Below, piece after piece: positions 1 to 12,611 of a DNA stretch of 36,981 nt. The stretch lies in NCBI GenBank assembly GCA_046046825.1, contig JBJOJC010000129.1, positions 1 to 36,981 on the forward strand. Reading direction: 5' to 3'. The notes under the pieces were generated by a model, which saw only the letters and a list, made by a program, of their open reading frames with translations, was not told where the DNA came from and ran no database searches. The DNA comes from Actinomycetota bacterium (GTDB lineage: Bacteria > Actinomycetota > Actinomycetes > Actinomycetales > Microbacteriaceae). Positions within the stretch are counted from its first letter, which is position 1. Each line of letters begins with the position of its first letter. A program made the position numbers and the translations under genes.

Positions 1-140
1 AGGCAAAACCTGCCGAACGCGCGAATGTCGCCGACCGCATTCTGAATTCCAATCAGTCCCTGAAACTTCTTCAGAAGGATGCTTCAAGACTTTTTTCTGA
101 GCTAAAGCTACTGGCGCAGGCTAAGAATTCGATCGTGTAA
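1..140 (+). CDS. coaE: 3' end of dephospho-CoA kinase (partial, runs off the window start)
   Basis: Frame 3 is open from the edge to TAA at 138-140: (Q)[31 protein letters not shown]..., resembling the CoaE C-terminus (Q...ER...AD.(V/I)I.N.G.L..L). coaE commonly precedes uvrB in Actinobacteria. Not in the ORF track. Confidence 0.65.
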   Translation, partial: AKPAERANVADRILNSNQSLKLLQKDASRLFSELKLLAQAKNSIV

Positions 141-142
141 CC

Positions 143-2188
143 ATGCAACCGCAGCGTCAAGTCTTTCCCTTTGAAGTCATCAGTGAATACGTTCCATCCG
201 GTGATCAGCCAACTGCAATCGCCGAGTTAGTAGCACGCATCAATGCAGGCGAAAAAGACATTGTTCTCCTTGGTGCAACTGGCACGGGTAAATCGGCTAC
301 TACCGCTTGGTTGATTGAGAAGTTGCAGAGACCCACCCTGGTGCTCGCTCACAATAAGACCTTGGCCGCCCAATTGGTCAACGAATTTAGAGAGCTTCTG
401 CCAAATAATTCGATTGAATATTTCGTAAGTTATTACGATTACTACCAACCAGAAGCGTACGTTCCACAAACCGATACTTTCATTGAAAAGGATTCCTCGA
501 TCAATGACGAGGTTGAGCGACTTAGATACAAAGCGACAATGAGCCTATTGTCTCGTCGAGACGTTGTGGTGGTGTCAACGGTTTCATGCATTTACGGGCT
601 TGGAGCTCCGGCGGAATATTTGAACCAGTCGGTTTCGCTTCAGGTGGGAGACCGAATCGATAGAGACGACCTAATACGTCGATTCGTGGAACTGCAATAC
701 AAGCGAAATGACTACGACTTTTCCCGAGGCAATTTCCGCGTAAAAGGCGACACCGTTGAAATCATCCCAGTTTACGACGAACTTGCCACGCGTATTGAGT
801 TCTTCGGTGATGAAGTTGAAGCCATATACTCCCTTTCTCCACTAACTGGCGAGGTTGTATCAGCACTGCCTCAAGCGGCCATTTTCCCGGCAAGTTACTA
901 CGTGGCCCCACCCGAGCAAATGGGACGTGCTATCGAGGCGATCGAAGATGAACTTGCAATCAGACTTCGGGATTTAGAGAACCAAGGGAAGCTGTTGGAG
1001 GCCCAGCGACTCAAGATGCGTACCACTTTTGATTTAGAGATGATTCGAGAGATTGGATTCTGTTCAGGTATTGAAAACTATTCAAGGCACATCGACGGTC
1101 GCGAGCAGGGGAGCGCTCCTAGTTGCCTCCTCGATTTCTTTCCAGAAGACTTTCTCACGGTTATCGACGAATCGCACGTAACGGTTCCGCAGATTGGCGC
1201 AATGTATGAGGGTGATTCCTCGAGAAAACGCACCCTGGTGGAGCACGGTTTCCGACTGCCATCTGCATTGGATAACCGCCCTCTCAAGTTCTCCGAATTT
1301 GAAGAACGAATTGGCCAGACCGTTTATTTGTCGGCCACACCCGGGAAATACGAACTTGCTCGTGGCGACGGATACGTTGAGCAGATCATCAGACCGACCG
1401 GATTGATTGACCCTGCCATTGTGGTCAAACCAGTCAAGGGCCAGGTCGATGACCTGCTGGAACAGATTCGAATCAGAGCCGCAAAGAACGAGCGCGTTCT
1501 AGTTACCACGCTGACCAAAAAGATGGCCGAGGATCTGAACGAGTTCCTGAATGAGGCTGGAATCCGAGTCAGGTACCTCCACAGCGATGTCGACACCCTG
1601 CGGCGAGTCGAACTGCTTACCGAGCTGCGAGCTGGGGTCTACGACGTGTTGGTCGGAATCAATCTGCTTCGTGAAGGTCTAGACCTTCCTGAGGTTTCTC
1701 TAGTGTCAATTCTTGATGCCGATAAGCAGGGATTCCTGAGGTCTGCAACCTCCCTAATTCAGACCATTGGTCGTGCCGCTCGAAATGTGAATGGCGAAGT
1801 TCACATGTATGCCGACAAGATGACTCCAGCCATGATTCAAGCTATCGATGAGACCGACAGAAGGCGAGCCAAGCAGGTTGCCTACAACGTCGCCAACGGC
1901 ATAGATCCCAAGCCACTTCGAAAGAAGATTGCTGATCTCACCGACCAAATTAACCGTGAGGAAGTCGATACGGCTCAACTAGTGGAGTCACTTAGAGCTG
2001 GCAAAACCAAGGTTCGGTCAAAGTCTTCCAGTTCAACAAATGTAGATGAGCTAATCAATACCATCCTCGAGCTCGAGGCAGAAATGCGGCAAGCGGCAAG
2101 TGAACTGCAGTTCGAGTTGGCTGCACGTTTGCGAGATGAAGTAAGTGATATGAAGCGCACCCTAAGAGACATCCAGCGACACGGTTGA
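143..2188 (+). CDS. uvrB: Excinuclease ABC subunit B
   Basis: GATGTGKS Walker [15 protein letters not shown] beta-hairpin, [19 protein letters not shown]-terminal UVR domain ([12 protein letters not shown]). Confidence 0.99.
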   Translation: MQPQRQVFPFEVISEYVPSGDQPTAIAELVARINAGEKDIVLLGATGTGKSATTAWLIEKLQRPTLVLAHNKTLAAQLVNEFRELLPNNSIEYFVSYYDYYQPEAYVPQTDTFIEKDSSINDEVERLRYKATMSLLSRRDVVVVSTVSCIYGLGAPAEYLNQSVSLQVGDRIDRDDLIRRFVELQYKRNDYDFSRGNFRVKGDTVEIIPVYDELATRIEFFGDEVEAIYSLSPLTGEVVSALPQAAIFPASYYVAPPEQMGRAIEAIEDELAIRLRDLENQGKLLEAQRLKMRTTFDLEMIREIGFCSGIENYSRHIDGREQGSAPSCLLDFFPEDFLTVIDESHVTVPQIGAMYEGDSSRKRTLVEHGFRLPSALDNRPLKFSEFEERIGQTVYLSATPGKYELARGDGYVEQIIRPTGLIDPAIVVKPVKGQVDDLLEQIRIRAAKNERVLVTTLTKKMAEDLNEFLNEAGIRVRYLHSDVDTLRRVELLTELRAGVYDVLVGINLLREGLDLPEVSLVSILDADKQGFLRSATSLIQTIGRAARNVNGEVHMYADKMTPAMIQAIDETDRRRAKQVAYNVANGIDPKPLRKKIADLTDQINREEVDTAQLVESLRAGKTKVRSKSSSSTNVDELINTILELEAEMRQAASELQFELAARLRDEVSDMKRTLRDIQRHG

Positions 2189-2192
2189 GATT

Positions 2193-2198
2193 TACACT
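2193..2198 (+). promoter_or_regulatory. Putative -10 element (TACACT) for a leaderless uvrA transcript
   Basis: TAnnnT hexamer 6 nt upstream of the uvrA GTG at 2205, with no SD sequence; typical actinobacterial leaderless geometry. Confidence 0.55.
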
Positions 2199-2204
2199 AG
2201 ATAA

Positions 2205-5057
2205 GTGAGTCGACTGAATCCTGAAAACAAATTGCACGTTAAAGGTGCACGCGTGCACAACCTTAAAAACATCGATTTAGAGATTCCTCGCGACGCCTTG
2301 GTTGTCTTTACCGGCCTGTCAGGATCCGGAAAGTCATCTCTGGCTTTCGACACAATTTTCGCCGAAGGGCAGCGACGCTACGTTGAATCACTTTCCGCGT
2401 ACGCCAGACAATTTCTCGGCCAGGTAGATCGCCCAGACGTTGATTTCATCGAAGGCCTGTCGCCTGCCGTATCAATCGACCAGAAGTCGACCAACCGTAA
2501 TCCTCGCTCAACGGTCGGCACGATTACTGAGATACACGATTATCTGCGCCTACTCTGGGCTCGAATCGGCATCCCACACTGTGCAGAGTGCGGGGAGCGA
2601 ATCATCAAGCAAACACCACAGCAAATTGTTGACCAGATTTTGGAGCTGCCAGAAGGCACTAAGTACCAAATCCTCGCACCGATTGTGACACAAAAGAAGG
2701 GGGAGTTCGTCGACCTTTTTGCAACATTGACTGCACAGGGTTATTCACGAGTAACAGTCGACGGCGACTTGGTGCAACTTGCCGATGCCAAGCCACTGAA
2801 GAAGACTTTTAAGCACGACATCTCTGTTGTAGTTGACCGCCTTGTTGCCAAAGCGGATATCATTCAACGACTTACCGATTCCGTTGAAACCGCTCTAAAG
2901 CTAGCTTCTGGGCGACTGATTTTGGACTTGGTCGACTCTCCACCGGCTTCAGCCAAGCGAGTGTTTAGCGAGAAAATGTCTTGCCCGAATGAACACGAGC
3001 TTTCTCTTACGGAGATTGAACCTCGTACCTTCTCCTTCAATGCTCCGTTCGGTGCCTGTTCGGCATGCAGCGGACTTGGAACCAAGATGGCGGTTGAACC
3101 AGCACTGGTCATTGGCGACCCAGCGGCCAGCATCAACGGGGGAGTATTACTTCCTTGGTCAACTCCTGGGAAAGGTCTCTACGGGTTCTTTACCAGAGTA
3201 TTAGAGTCGCTCTCGGAAGATCTCGACTTCTCACTTGATACACCCTGGCAAGAACTAAACCCGGATGTACAGGAAGCCGTGTTATTCGGAAACAACTTTG
3301 ACGTAAAAGTGAAATGGAAGAACAAGTACGGTCGCGAACTTCGCTACACATCTGGTTTCGAAGGTGTACTTACCTACATCGAGCGAAAGTGGCTCGAAAG
3401 CGAAAACGACTTCCAGCGTGGTCGTTGGGCAGGTTTTCTGCGCGAAATACCCTGCTCGGCCTGTGGCGGAACGCGATTAAAGCCAGAGGTTCTAGCCGTA
3501 AAGGTTTCAAACAGTTCAATTGCCGATGTTGCGAGACTTAGCTTGCGTGACTGCAGCGCCTTCTTCCAGAGTCTTGAACTAGATGCGAGAGACTCAAAGA
3601 TTGCTGCGCAGGTACTTCGTGAGATCCAAGCCCGACTGGTTTTCCTTCTTGATGTCGGTCTCGACTACCTTTCACTTGAACGAGCAGCTGGAACACTATC
3701 CGGAGGTGAAGCGCAAAGAATTCGTTTAGCTACACAGATTGGCTCTGGCCTAACCGGAGTTCTCTACGTGCTCGATGAGCCGAGCATTGGTCTGCACCAG
3801 AGAGATAACCTTCGACTTATCGAGACCTTAGTGAAGCTTCGGGACCTCGGCAATACCCTTGTCGTTGTTGAACACGATGAAGACACCATTCGGGCGTCAG
3901 ACTGGGTTGTTGACATCGGCCCAGGCGCTGGAGTTCACGGTGGCGAAGTTGTTCACTCCGGCACTTACGAAGAGATTCTCAAGAACCCGAAATCAATAAC
4001 TGGCGCCTACCTTAGCGGGCGCGAAAAAATCTTCACGCCTGCGAGCCGTCGTGCCATCGATTGGGACCGCAAAGTTACTGTGTTCGGTGCCCGCGAGAAC
4101 AACCTGCGCGATGTAACAGCCGAGTTCCCGCTTGGTGTTTTGACCGCAGTCACCGGAGTCAGCGGCTCAGGAAAGTCTTCGCTGGTAAACGACATCCTGT
4201 ATCAAGTATTGGCAAACGGCCTGAACGGCGCCAAAGGGGTTCCTGGGCGCCACACACGAGTTGATGGCCTAGAACTTCTCGATAAGGTCGTGCACGTAGA
4301 CCAGGCCCCGATTGGTAGAACACCCCGTTCCAACCCCGCAACCTATACCGGAGTCTTTGACCATATCCGTAAGCTGTTCGCCGAAACCACGGAAGCCAAG
4401 GTTCGTGGTTACCAGCAAGGTCGCTTCTCATTCAACGTTAAAGGTGGTCGTTGTGAAGCCTGCAGCGGCGATGGAACTCTACGCATTGAAATGAACTTCC
4501 TGCCCGATGTTTATGTCGCGTGTGAGGTTTGCCATGGCGAGCGCTACAACCGAGAAACCCTACAAGTCACTTACAAGGGTAAAAACATCTCCGAAGTATT
4601 GGACATGCCAATCGCGGAGGCTGCAGAGTTCTTCGCCCCTGTTTCGGCAATTGCACGATACTTAGAGACGCTGGTTTCCGTGGGCCTAGGCTATGTTCGA
4701 CTTGGGCAATCGGCAACCACTCTAAGTGGTGGCGAGGCTCAGCGCGTCAAGCTTGCAACCGAACTTCAAAAGCGAAGTAATGGACGCTCGATCTACGTTC
4801 TTGATGAGCCAACCACCGGTCTTCACTTCGATGACACCAGAAAGCTACTTCAGGTTCTTGGCAGTCTGGTCGACAAGGGAAATACCGTAATTGTTATTGA
4901 ACACAACCTTGATGTCATTAAATGTGCCGACTGGGTAATCGACATGGGACCTGAAGGTGGCGCTGGCGGTGGGCAAGTCATCGCGAAGGGCACTCCTGAG
5001 CAGGTTTCTAACAACTCGGCAAGTTTCACTGGGAAATTCCTAAGCAGATTGCTCTAA
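2205..5057 (+). CDS. uvrA: Excinuclease ABC subunit A
   Basis: Two ABC ATPase modules ([18 protein letters not shown]; LSGGEAQR twice) and CxxC zinc fingers; 950 aa. Confidence 0.99.
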   Translation: MSRLNPENKLHVKGARVHNLKNIDLEIPRDALVVFTGLSGSGKSSLAFDTIFAEGQRRYVESLSAYARQFLGQVDRPDVDFIEGLSPAVSIDQKSTNRNPRSTVGTITEIHDYLRLLWARIGIPHCAECGERIIKQTPQQIVDQILELPEGTKYQILAPIVTQKKGEFVDLFATLTAQGYSRVTVDGDLVQLADAKPLKKTFKHDISVVVDRLVAKADIIQRLTDSVETALKLASGRLILDLVDSPPASAKRVFSEKMSCPNEHELSLTEIEPRTFSFNAPFGACSACSGLGTKMAVEPALVIGDPAASINGGVLLPWSTPGKGLYGFFTRVLESLSEDLDFSLDTPWQELNPDVQEAVLFGNNFDVKVKWKNKYGRELRYTSGFEGVLTYIERKWLESENDFQRGRWAGFLREIPCSACGGTRLKPEVLAVKVSNSSIADVARLSLRDCSAFFQSLELDARDSKIAAQVLREIQARLVFLLDVGLDYLSLERAAGTLSGGEAQRIRLATQIGSGLTGVLYVLDEPSIGLHQRDNLRLIETLVKLRDLGNTLVVVEHDEDTIRASDWVVDIGPGAGVHGGEVVHSGTYEEILKNPKSITGAYLSGREKIFTPASRRAIDWDRKVTVFGARENNLRDVTAEFPLGVLTAVTGVSGSGKSSLVNDILYQVLANGLNGAKGVPGRHTRVDGLELLDKVVHVDQAPIGRTPRSNPATYTGVFDHIRKLFAETTEAKVRGYQQGRFSFNVKGGRCEACSGDGTLRIEMNFLPDVYVACEVCHGERYNRETLQVTYKGKNISEVLDMPIAEAAEFFAPVSAIARYLETLVSVGLGYVRLGQSATTLSGGEAQRVKLATELQKRSNGRSIYVLDEPTTGLHFDDTRKLLQVLGSLVDKGNTVIVIEHNLDVIKCADWVIDMGPEGGAGGGQVIAKGTPEQVSNNSASFTGKFLSRLL

Positions 5058-5060
5058 AAA

Positions 5061-6878
5061 TTGTCGAATCGTCAAACTTGGTTCCCGACCACTGGCTCGA
5101 TTCCAACCCAACCTGGGGTTTATCGATGGTTCGATGAGTCGGATCGAATTCTCTACGTTGGCAAGGCGAAGAATCTTCGAGCCAGGCTCACCAGCTATTT
5201 TGCGAAGCCGGAAACGCTGCACGAACGCACTCGTCGGATGGTCGAATCAGCAGTCCGTATCGACTGGACGATCGTCAAATCAGAGTTTGAGGCATTGCAG
5301 CTTGAATTCACTTGGATTAAGGAATTCAATCCGCCATTCAACGTTCAATTTCGAGACGATAAGTCGTATCCCTACCTGGCCATCTCAATGGGCGAGCAGT
5401 TCCCAAGGGTCTTTAGTTCAAGAAACCGTGTTAGAGGTAAGACCAAGTATTTTGGACCGTACACGCAGGCTTGGGCAATTCGGGAAACCATTGATGGTCT
5501 TCTTAAGGTCTTTCCAATCCGCAGTTGCAATGATTCCCAGTTCAACTCGGCAAAGTTAGCTAACCGTCCTTGTCTCTTAGCCGAGATAGGTAAGTGTTCG
5601 GCACCTTGCGTTGGCCGAATCGACGAAACTACTCACCGTCAACTCGTTGACAAATTCGCCGGCTTTGTGAGCGGTAGTGACACCAGTTTTTTGCGGTTTC
5701 TAAAAAGCAAAATGCTGGAGGCATCAGATAGAGAAAACTACGAACTAGCGGCCAGGTATCGTGACCAGCAAAGTGCATTGGAAGCGGTAGCAGCTAAAAG
5801 TGCTGTCGTCATGGAGGATTCGGCGAATGTCGATGTCTTCGCACTTGCCATGGATGGCTACACGGCTGCCGTAAGCATGTTTATGGTTCGCGACGGTCGT
5901 ATCCGCGGCGCCCGCGGATGGGTTGTTGATTTAGAACTAGAGCGAACCGAAGCAGAACTTTTCGAATACACCCTTCAAAAGGTATACGTGGACGAAGGAA
6001 TCGAACTGCCTAAGGAAATCCTCACGTCGGCGCTCCCTTCTGATTTGGATTCGCTAATCACATTGCTCTCTGGCATTCGGGGTTCTGCAGTTTCAATTCG
6101 TGTTGCGGCTAGGGGAGACAAGAAGGCCCTCACCGAAACAGCAAAACTAAACGCTGACAACTCACTTTCGCAATTCAAACTGAAGCGGTCTACCGACTTC
6201 ACTGCTAGATCGGTCGCACTCACCAAGCTCCAGGAAGCTATAGGTCTCGCCAAGGCGCCTCTGACCATCGAGTGTTACGACGTTTCACACCTATCGGGCA
6301 CAAACATCGTTGCGTCGAAGGTGGTCTTCGTCGACGGTAAGCCTCGGAAAGACATGTACCGCCGCTACAACATCGCTTCGGCAACAGACGACACTGACGC
6401 CATGAACCAAGTGCTAATCCGGCGACTAACTGGCGCCAGCGAAACCGGTGACTTACCCGATCTCATTCTTGTAGACGGGGCCAAGCCACAACTTTCGGCT
6501 GCGTTGAAGGCGATGTCGGTCGCAAATGTTAGCTCGGTTCCAATGATCGGGATCGCCAAGCGCCTCGAAGAACTATGGCTGCCCGGTGAAGACTTTCCCG
6601 TTTTGCTTCCTCGTGCCAGTGACGAACTGTTTTTGATTCAACATCTACGAGACGAATCGCACCGTTTTGCAATCGGCCATCAAAGACTAAAGCGGACAGC
6701 AACCATTTCAACTCAGCTAGAAGAAATTCCTGGCTTAGGACAAAAGAGAGCCAGGCTGCTTCTCAAAACCTTTGGTTCTGCCAAGCGAGTGAAGTTGGCC
6801 AGCGTCGAAGAACTGTCTGATGTTCCCGGGATCGGTCCAGCGTTGGCTAAGAGCATTTACGAATCGTTGCGCAAATAA
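5061..6878 (+). CDS. uvrC: Excinuclease ABC subunit C
   Basis: N-terminal GIY-YIG (PGVY...LYVGKAKNLR), UVR domain, RNase H-like ECYDVSH/LILVDG/LRDESHRFA, C-terminal HhH (IPGLG, VPGIG). TTG start. Confidence 0.98.
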   Translation: MSNRQTWFPTTGSIPTQPGVYRWFDESDRILYVGKAKNLRARLTSYFAKPETLHERTRRMVESAVRIDWTIVKSEFEALQLEFTWIKEFNPPFNVQFRDDKSYPYLAISMGEQFPRVFSSRNRVRGKTKYFGPYTQAWAIRETIDGLLKVFPIRSCNDSQFNSAKLANRPCLLAEIGKCSAPCVGRIDETTHRQLVDKFAGFVSGSDTSFLRFLKSKMLEASDRENYELAARYRDQQSALEAVAAKSAVVMEDSANVDVFALAMDGYTAAVSMFMVRDGRIRGARGWVVDLELERTEAELFEYTLQKVYVDEGIELPKEILTSALPSDLDSLITLLSGIRGSAVSIRVAARGDKKALTETAKLNADNSLSQFKLKRSTDFTARSVALTKLQEAIGLAKAPLTIECYDVSHLSGTNIVASKVVFVDGKPRKDMYRRYNIASATDDTDAMNQVLIRRLTGASETGDLPDLILVDGAKPQLSAALKAMSVANVSSVPMIGIAKRLEELWLPGEDFPVLLPRASDELFLIQHLRDESHRFAIGHQRLKRTATISTQLEEIPGLGQKRARLLLKTFGSAKRVKLASVEELSDVPGIGPALAKSIYESLRK

Positions 6879-6914
6879 GTTACGTTTTTAGTCTCGGCGT
6901 GTCGCACCAGGTCA

Positions 6915-6932
6915 TAGACTTTTGGCAGGAGG
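6915..6932 (+). promoter_or_regulatory. Putative -10 (TAGACT) and SD (AGGAGG) for rapZ
   Basis: TAGACT at 6915-6920, AGGAGG at 6927-6932, ATG at 6937. Confidence 0.55.
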
Positions 6933-6936
6933 ACGA

Positions 6937-7809
6937 ATGACTAATAGCACCCACGAGTTGCTTGTAGTTACAGGCATGTCCGGCGCTGGCCGTTCTACTG
7001 TTGGAAATGCTCTCGAGGACCTCGGTTGGTACGTAGTAGACAATCTTCCACCGCAAATGCTCGGACCGATCTCAGATCTTTTTTCTCTAGCAAAAACACC
7101 CCTTCCTAAATTGGCCGTAGTCATCGATGTACGTGGCAGGGAGTTCTTCCCTGAACTTTTAGATAGTCTCTCTCAACTTCGAGGTAGGTCTATCAATCTG
7201 CGTCTGGTATTTCTGGAAGCCACGGATGCCGCACTAGTTAAGCGTTTCGAAAACGTTCGACGCCCCCATCCACTCCAGTCCAACGGGACCTTGCTAGACG
7301 GTATCGGGGCAGAGCGTAATCAGCTACTTTCAGTACGCGAGAGTGCCGATGTTGTGGTGGACACCTCAGAGCTGAACATTCATCAGTTAAGCACCATGAT
7401 TGCCGAACACTTTTCTTTCGATCGGTCAACGAAGCTCCACATTGTCGTCGAGTCATTCGGTTTCAAATACGGAACTCCCACCGACGCCGACCTCATTGCC
7501 GATGCAAGGTTCATTCCGAACCCGTTCTGGCAAGAGGAGCTACGACCGTTTACAGGCGAGGATAAAGACGTGAGTGATTTTGTTCTCTCCGCGGCAGGTG
7601 CTGAAGAATTCATCACCAACTATGTGGCAGCTTTGAAACCGGTTCTTCGTGGCTATGCAACAGAGAATAAACGCTACGCAACCATCGCAATCGGTTGCAC
7701 CGGGGGGAAGCACCGTTCAGTCGCTGTTTCAACAGAAATTGCCAAACTCCTCCGTGAGATTCCTGAAATATCTGTAACGTTGAAACACCGAGACTTGGGA
7801 AGGGAGTAA
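6937..7809 (+). CDS. rapZ: RNase adapter RapZ/YvcJ family P-loop NTPase
   Basis: VTGMSGAGRS, VVDNLPP, RRPHPL, SFGFKYG, IGCTGGKHRSV, HRDL. Start moved to ATG 6937 because of the AGGAGG SD. Confidence 0.96.
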   Translation: MTNSTHELLVVTGMSGAGRSTVGNALEDLGWYVVDNLPPQMLGPISDLFSLAKTPLPKLAVVIDVRGREFFPELLDSLSQLRGRSINLRLVFLEATDAALVKRFENVRRPHPLQSNGTLLDGIGAERNQLLSVRESADVVVDTSELNIHQLSTMIAEHFSFDRSTKLHIVVESFGFKYGTPTDADLIADARFIPNPFWQEELRPFTGEDKDVSDFVLSAAGAEEFITNYVAALKPVLRGYATENKRYATIAIGCTGGKHRSVAVSTEIAKLLREIPEISVTLKHRDLGRE

Positions 7810-7811
7810 TC

Positions 7812-8792
7812 GTGGCACTGACAGCTGATCTGAAGTATGAACTAACTAAACTAAAGCCATCGAAAGGCGAACTTCGCCTGGCCGAACTCTCGGTGATTCT
7901 GCGTTTTACCGCATCCGTGCACGTGATCAACGCGACTATGGTTTTGGAAGCAGAGTTCGATACCTCTCAACTTGCCAATCGTGTCAAGACCGAGATCAAA
8001 GACCTCTTCGGAATCGACGCCCGCGTTGAGATCTTGCACGCTTCTGGTGTTCGCAAGTCGTCCCGACACAATCTTCGAGTTCTAAAGCAAACCGACCTTC
8101 TGGTTCGTCAAACCGGTCTTTACTACCCAACTGGTAAGCCGGTTCGCGGCATACATTCCCGCTTTGTGTCGGATTCAGCAGATGTTGCAGCTGCCGTTTG
8201 GCGTGGAGCGTTGTTGGCTCACGGATCGCTCACCGATCCTGGACGATCGTCATCGCTGGAAGTTTCGTGCCCAAGCAACGAAGCGGCTTCATCTCTAGTA
8301 GGTCTTGCTAAACGTCTCGGAATCTCAGGAGCCAAGTCTCGGGAAGTCAGGGGAGTGCACCGAGTCGTCATTCGTGAAGGCGAAGACATTTCGAAGCTTC
8401 TTGAGCTCATTGGTGCAAGTGGTATTCAGGCGCGTTGGGACCAATTGCGTGCCAAACGAGAAGTGAGATCCACAGCGAACCGACTGGCTAACTTTGACGA
8501 TGCCAACCTGCGACGATCCGCACAGGCAGCTGTAGCCGCTGGTGCTAGAGTTGCGCGCGCCCTTGAAATTCTTGGGCCAGACATTCCGGCTCACCTAAAG
8601 TACGCGGGCGAACTCAGACTTCAGCACAAGCAGGCATCACTTGACGAACTAGGACACTTGGCAACCCCACCAATGACCAAGGATGCCGTTGCAGGCAGGA
8701 TTCGCCGGTTGCTGGCTATGGCAGATAAAAAAGCTGAAGACTTGGGCATCCCAAACACCGAGGCCTACCTTGGCGAAGACGGCGCGGAATAA
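7812..8792 (+). CDS. whiA: DNA-binding protein WhiA
   Basis: WRGALLAHGSL..PGRSSSLEV.CP, ANRLANFDDANLRRSA, ASLDELG, PMTKDAVAGRIRRLL. Confidence 0.97.
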   Translation: MALTADLKYELTKLKPSKGELRLAELSVILRFTASVHVINATMVLEAEFDTSQLANRVKTEIKDLFGIDARVEILHASGVRKSSRHNLRVLKQTDLLVRQTGLYYPTGKPVRGIHSRFVSDSADVAAAVWRGALLAHGSLTDPGRSSSLEVSCPSNEAASSLVGLAKRLGISGAKSREVRGVHRVVIREGEDISKLLELIGASGIQARWDQLRAKREVRSTANRLANFDDANLRRSAQAAVAAGARVARALEILGPDIPAHLKYAGELRLQHKQASLDELGHLATPPMTKDAVAGRIRRLLAMADKKAEDLGIPNTEAYLGEDGAE

Positions 8793-8840
8793 TCTTCTGT
8801 CTCAAATGCTTATTTTGTTACAACTGATCTAAGGAGCAAC

Positions 8841-9464
8841 ATGTCTAAATACACCCTGCCTGAACTCGATTACGACTACGCAGCGTTGGAACCGAGCATC
8901 TCGGCTCGAATCATGGAATTGCACCACTCTAAGCACCACGCGGCTTACGTTGCGGGAGTAAATGCCGCTCTGGATCAGATGGAGGAGGCTCGCGATAAGA
9001 GCGACTTCGCGAATATCAACAAGCTTCAGAAAGACCTTGCCTTCCACCTATCGGGCCACATCAATCACTCAATCTTCTGGAAGAACTTGGCTCCAACCAA
9101 CAGCGACCGACCTGAAGGGGAGCTAGCCGCGGCCATCAGCGAATTTTTTGGTTCATTTGAGGCATTCCAGGCTCACTTCAACGCTGCAGCCATGGGAATT
9201 CAGGGTAGCGGTTGGGCTTTCCTAGCTTGGGATTCAGTTGGCAAACGCCTGATTATCGAGCAGTTGTACGACCAGCAGTCGAATGTTGCAACCGCCAGCA
9301 TTCCGCTTCTGATGCTCGACATGTGGGAGCACGCTTTCTACCTCGACTATCAAAACGTCAAGGGTGACTATGTCAAGGCGTTCTGGAGCATTGTTAACTG
9401 GGCTGATGTACAGACTCGATTCGCCTCTGCTAGCGCAAAAACCGATGGGCTTTTGTTAGGCTAA
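8841..9464 (+). CDS. sodA: Fe/Mn-family superoxide dismutase, probably Mn-preferring or cambialistic
   Basis: HHSKHH, HINHSIFW, GSGW, DMWEHAFY; LYDQQ (Gln where the mycobacterial Fe-type enzyme has His); SD AAGGAG. Confidence 0.96.
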   Translation: MSKYTLPELDYDYAALEPSISARIMELHHSKHHAAYVAGVNAALDQMEEARDKSDFANINKLQKDLAFHLSGHINHSIFWKNLAPTNSDRPEGELAAAISEFFGSFEAFQAHFNAAAMGIQGSGWAFLAWDSVGKRLIIEQLYDQQSNVATASIPLLMLDMWEHAFYLDYQNVKGDYVKAFWSIVNWADVQTRFASASAKTDGLLLG

Positions 9465-9554
9465 TAGCAGACTTATTGCTCCCAATGACGCGTAGCAAAG
9501 TCCGTATTTGTAACTAAGAACTGAGCTGGGCAATTCGCTCCGCTTCACAAATAA

Positions 9555-10574
<1,020 letters not shown>

Positions 10575-10603
10575 TTTCACTACCTAAAAAGAATCGAAAT
10601 ATC

Positions 10604-11809
10604 TTGCGTAAACTCTCTGAGCTCAGCTCGCTCGATGGAAAAACAGTAATCATTCGATGCGATTTGAACGTCCCTCTTGAGGGGTCTCGAATCACTGACG
10701 ATGGCCGAATTGTGGCTTCTGTTCCCACCATTAGGTACCTCGTTGAGCAAGGCGCCAAGGTAGTTGTTATCAGCCACCTTGGACGCCCAGAGGGTGCGCC
10801 AGATCCAAAGTATTCTCTGGAGCCAGCCGCAGAGCGCCTAAGCGAATTGTTGGGTCAACCAGTTCTTTTCGCCTCGGACACCGTTGGCATTCGTGCCGAA
10901 GGTGCTCTAAAAGTGTTGGCAAATGGAGGAGTAGCGGTTCTAGAGAACCTACGCTTCAACCCGGAGGAAACCTCTAAAGACGAAACCGTTCGTCGTGGGT
11001 TTGCATCAAAATTGGCTGCATTCGGTGATGTTTTCGTTTCAGATGGTTTCGGTGTAGTTCACCGCAAGCAGGCATCTGTATACGAATTGGCACAACTGCT
11101 GCCTTCATACGCCGGATTCCTGGTTGAGAAGGAGCTAGAAGTCATGAAGCGCCTTACCACCTCACCAGAGCGACCATACGCTGTGGTTCTTGGAGGTTCT
11201 AAGGTTAGCGACAAGTTAGGTGTGATCGATCACCTCCTTCCAAGCGTGAACAAGCTGCTAATCGGCGGCGGAATGGTGTTCACCTTTCTTGCTGCACTCG
11301 GTCACAAGGTTGGATCATCGCTGCTTGAGGCAGATCAGATCCCAACGGTTTTGGAGTATCTAGAGCGAGCAAAGGCACTTGGTGTCGAAATTGTTCTTCC
11401 TACCGATATCGTGGTGGCAAGCAAATTCGGAGCTGATGCCGAAGTGGTCGTTACCAAGGCATCTGAAATCGAAAATTCACCTTTTGGCACTACAGGACTC
11501 GGTCTCGACATTGGGCCAGAATCAGCAGCAGTTTTCGCCAAAGAGATCGCCGAGGCAAAGACAGTATTTTGGAACGGTCCCATGGGAGTTTTCGAAATCG
11601 ACAAGTTTGCTGGGGGAACTAAAGCAGTTGCAAAAGCGCTTACCGAAGTTCAAGGACTTTCGGTTGTTGGTGGCGGCGACTCAGCAGCTGCAGTTCGCAT
11701 TCTCGGATTCGAGGATAGCCAATTTGGCCACATTTCCACCGGAGGCGGAGCTAGCCTCGAGTATCTTGAAGGTAAATCATTGCCTGGCCTGGAGGTCCTA
11801 AATGACTAG
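10604..11809 (+). CDS. pgk: Phosphoglycerate kinase
   Basis: [47 protein letters not shown]. Confidence 0.99.
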   Translation: MRKLSELSSLDGKTVIIRCDLNVPLEGSRITDDGRIVASVPTIRYLVEQGAKVVVISHLGRPEGAPDPKYSLEPAAERLSELLGQPVLFASDTVGIRAEGALKVLANGGVAVLENLRFNPEETSKDETVRRGFASKLAAFGDVFVSDGFGVVHRKQASVYELAQLLPSYAGFLVEKELEVMKRLTTSPERPYAVVLGGSKVSDKLGVIDHLLPSVNKLLIGGGMVFTFLAALGHKVGSSLLEADQIPTVLEYLERAKALGVEIVLPTDIVVASKFGADAEVVVTKASEIENSPFGTTGLGLDIGPESAAVFAKEIAEAKTVFWNGPMGVFEIDKFAGGTKAVAKALTEVQGLSVVGGGDSAAAVRILGFEDSQFGHISTGGGASLEYLEGKSLPGLEVLND

Positions 11810-12584
11810 TCGTATCCCATTCATCGCCGGTAACTGGAAGATGAATCTAGACCACCAACAGGGCATCGCTTTGGTTCAGAAGCTTGCCTGGACGCTTAAA
11901 GACGCGTCCTTCGACTATTCGAAAGCCGAAGTAGCGGTTTTCCCTGGATTCACATCCTTGCGCTCGATTCAGACCCTAATTGATGCAGACCAGTTTGAGC
12001 TCAAGCTTGGTGCCCAAGACCTGTCGGCACACGATTCGGGGGCATTCACCGGCGAAATCTCTGGTCTGGCTCTCAAGAAACTCGACGTTCAATACGTACT
12101 AATTGGCCACAGTGAGCGTCGTTCGATGCATTCCGAAGCAGACGAGGTTGTACAGGCAAAAACTGCAGCAGCTTTCCGTCACGGTATTGTTCCGGTTATT
12201 TGCGTTGGGGAAACTCTCGAAGAACTTGAAGCCGAAGGTGCCGCAGCGGTTCCGGTTCGCCAAACCCTAGCCGCTCTTGCTGGACACAACATTCTTGGCG
12301 ATTTCATCATCGCTTACGAGCCGGTTTGGGCAATCGGAACAGGTCAGGTTGCTACTCCTGAACAGGCAGCAAGTGTTGCTGGAAAGATTCGCGAAGCGAT
12401 TCGTACCGCACATGGTGATCTCGCCGACAAGGTTCGAATTCTCTACGGTGGCTCAGTCAAAGCCAACAACGTAGCCGGCTTCCTGAGAAGCCCTGAAGTT
12501 GACGGAGTACTAGTTGGCGGAGCCAGCTTAGATTCCGATGAATTTGCTGGAATCGCCAGATTCCAAAGCCATCTGGCAATATAG
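11802..12584 (+). CDS. tpiA: Triosephosphate isomerase
   Basis: [37 protein letters not shown]; 8-nt overlap with pgk. Confidence 0.99.
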   Translation: MTSRIPFIAGNWKMNLDHQQGIALVQKLAWTLKDASFDYSKAEVAVFPGFTSLRSIQTLIDADQFELKLGAQDLSAHDSGAFTGEISGLALKKLDVQYVLIGHSERRSMHSEADEVVQAKTAAAFRHGIVPVICVGETLEELEAEGAAAVPVRQTLAALAGHNILGDFIIAYEPVWAIGTGQVATPEQAASVAGKIREAIRTAHGDLADKVRILYGGSVKANNVAGFLRSPEVDGVLVGGASLDSDEFAGIARFQSHLAI

Positions 12585-12611
12585 TCTTAGAAACCTAACT
12601 AGGAGTTAATT

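Noticed and set aside
14-27. CGAACgcgcGAATG upstream of uvrB as a LexA (SOS) box
   Set aside because: The right half does not match GTTCG, and the site lies inside the coaE coding frame.
5134-5559. Same-strand alternative-frame ORFs of about 140 aa inside uvrC (also 11379 in pgk, 21297 in ctaB)
   Set aside because: No recognisable domains or initiation signals, and the host genes are intact, so there is no frameshift to explain.
6900-6920. TGTCG...TAGACT as a PafBC/RecA-NDp promoter
   Set aside because: Spacing is one nucleotide short of TGTCGG-N10-TA-N3-T, the sixth base mismatches, and it precedes rapZ and not a repair gene. Kept only as a plain -10.
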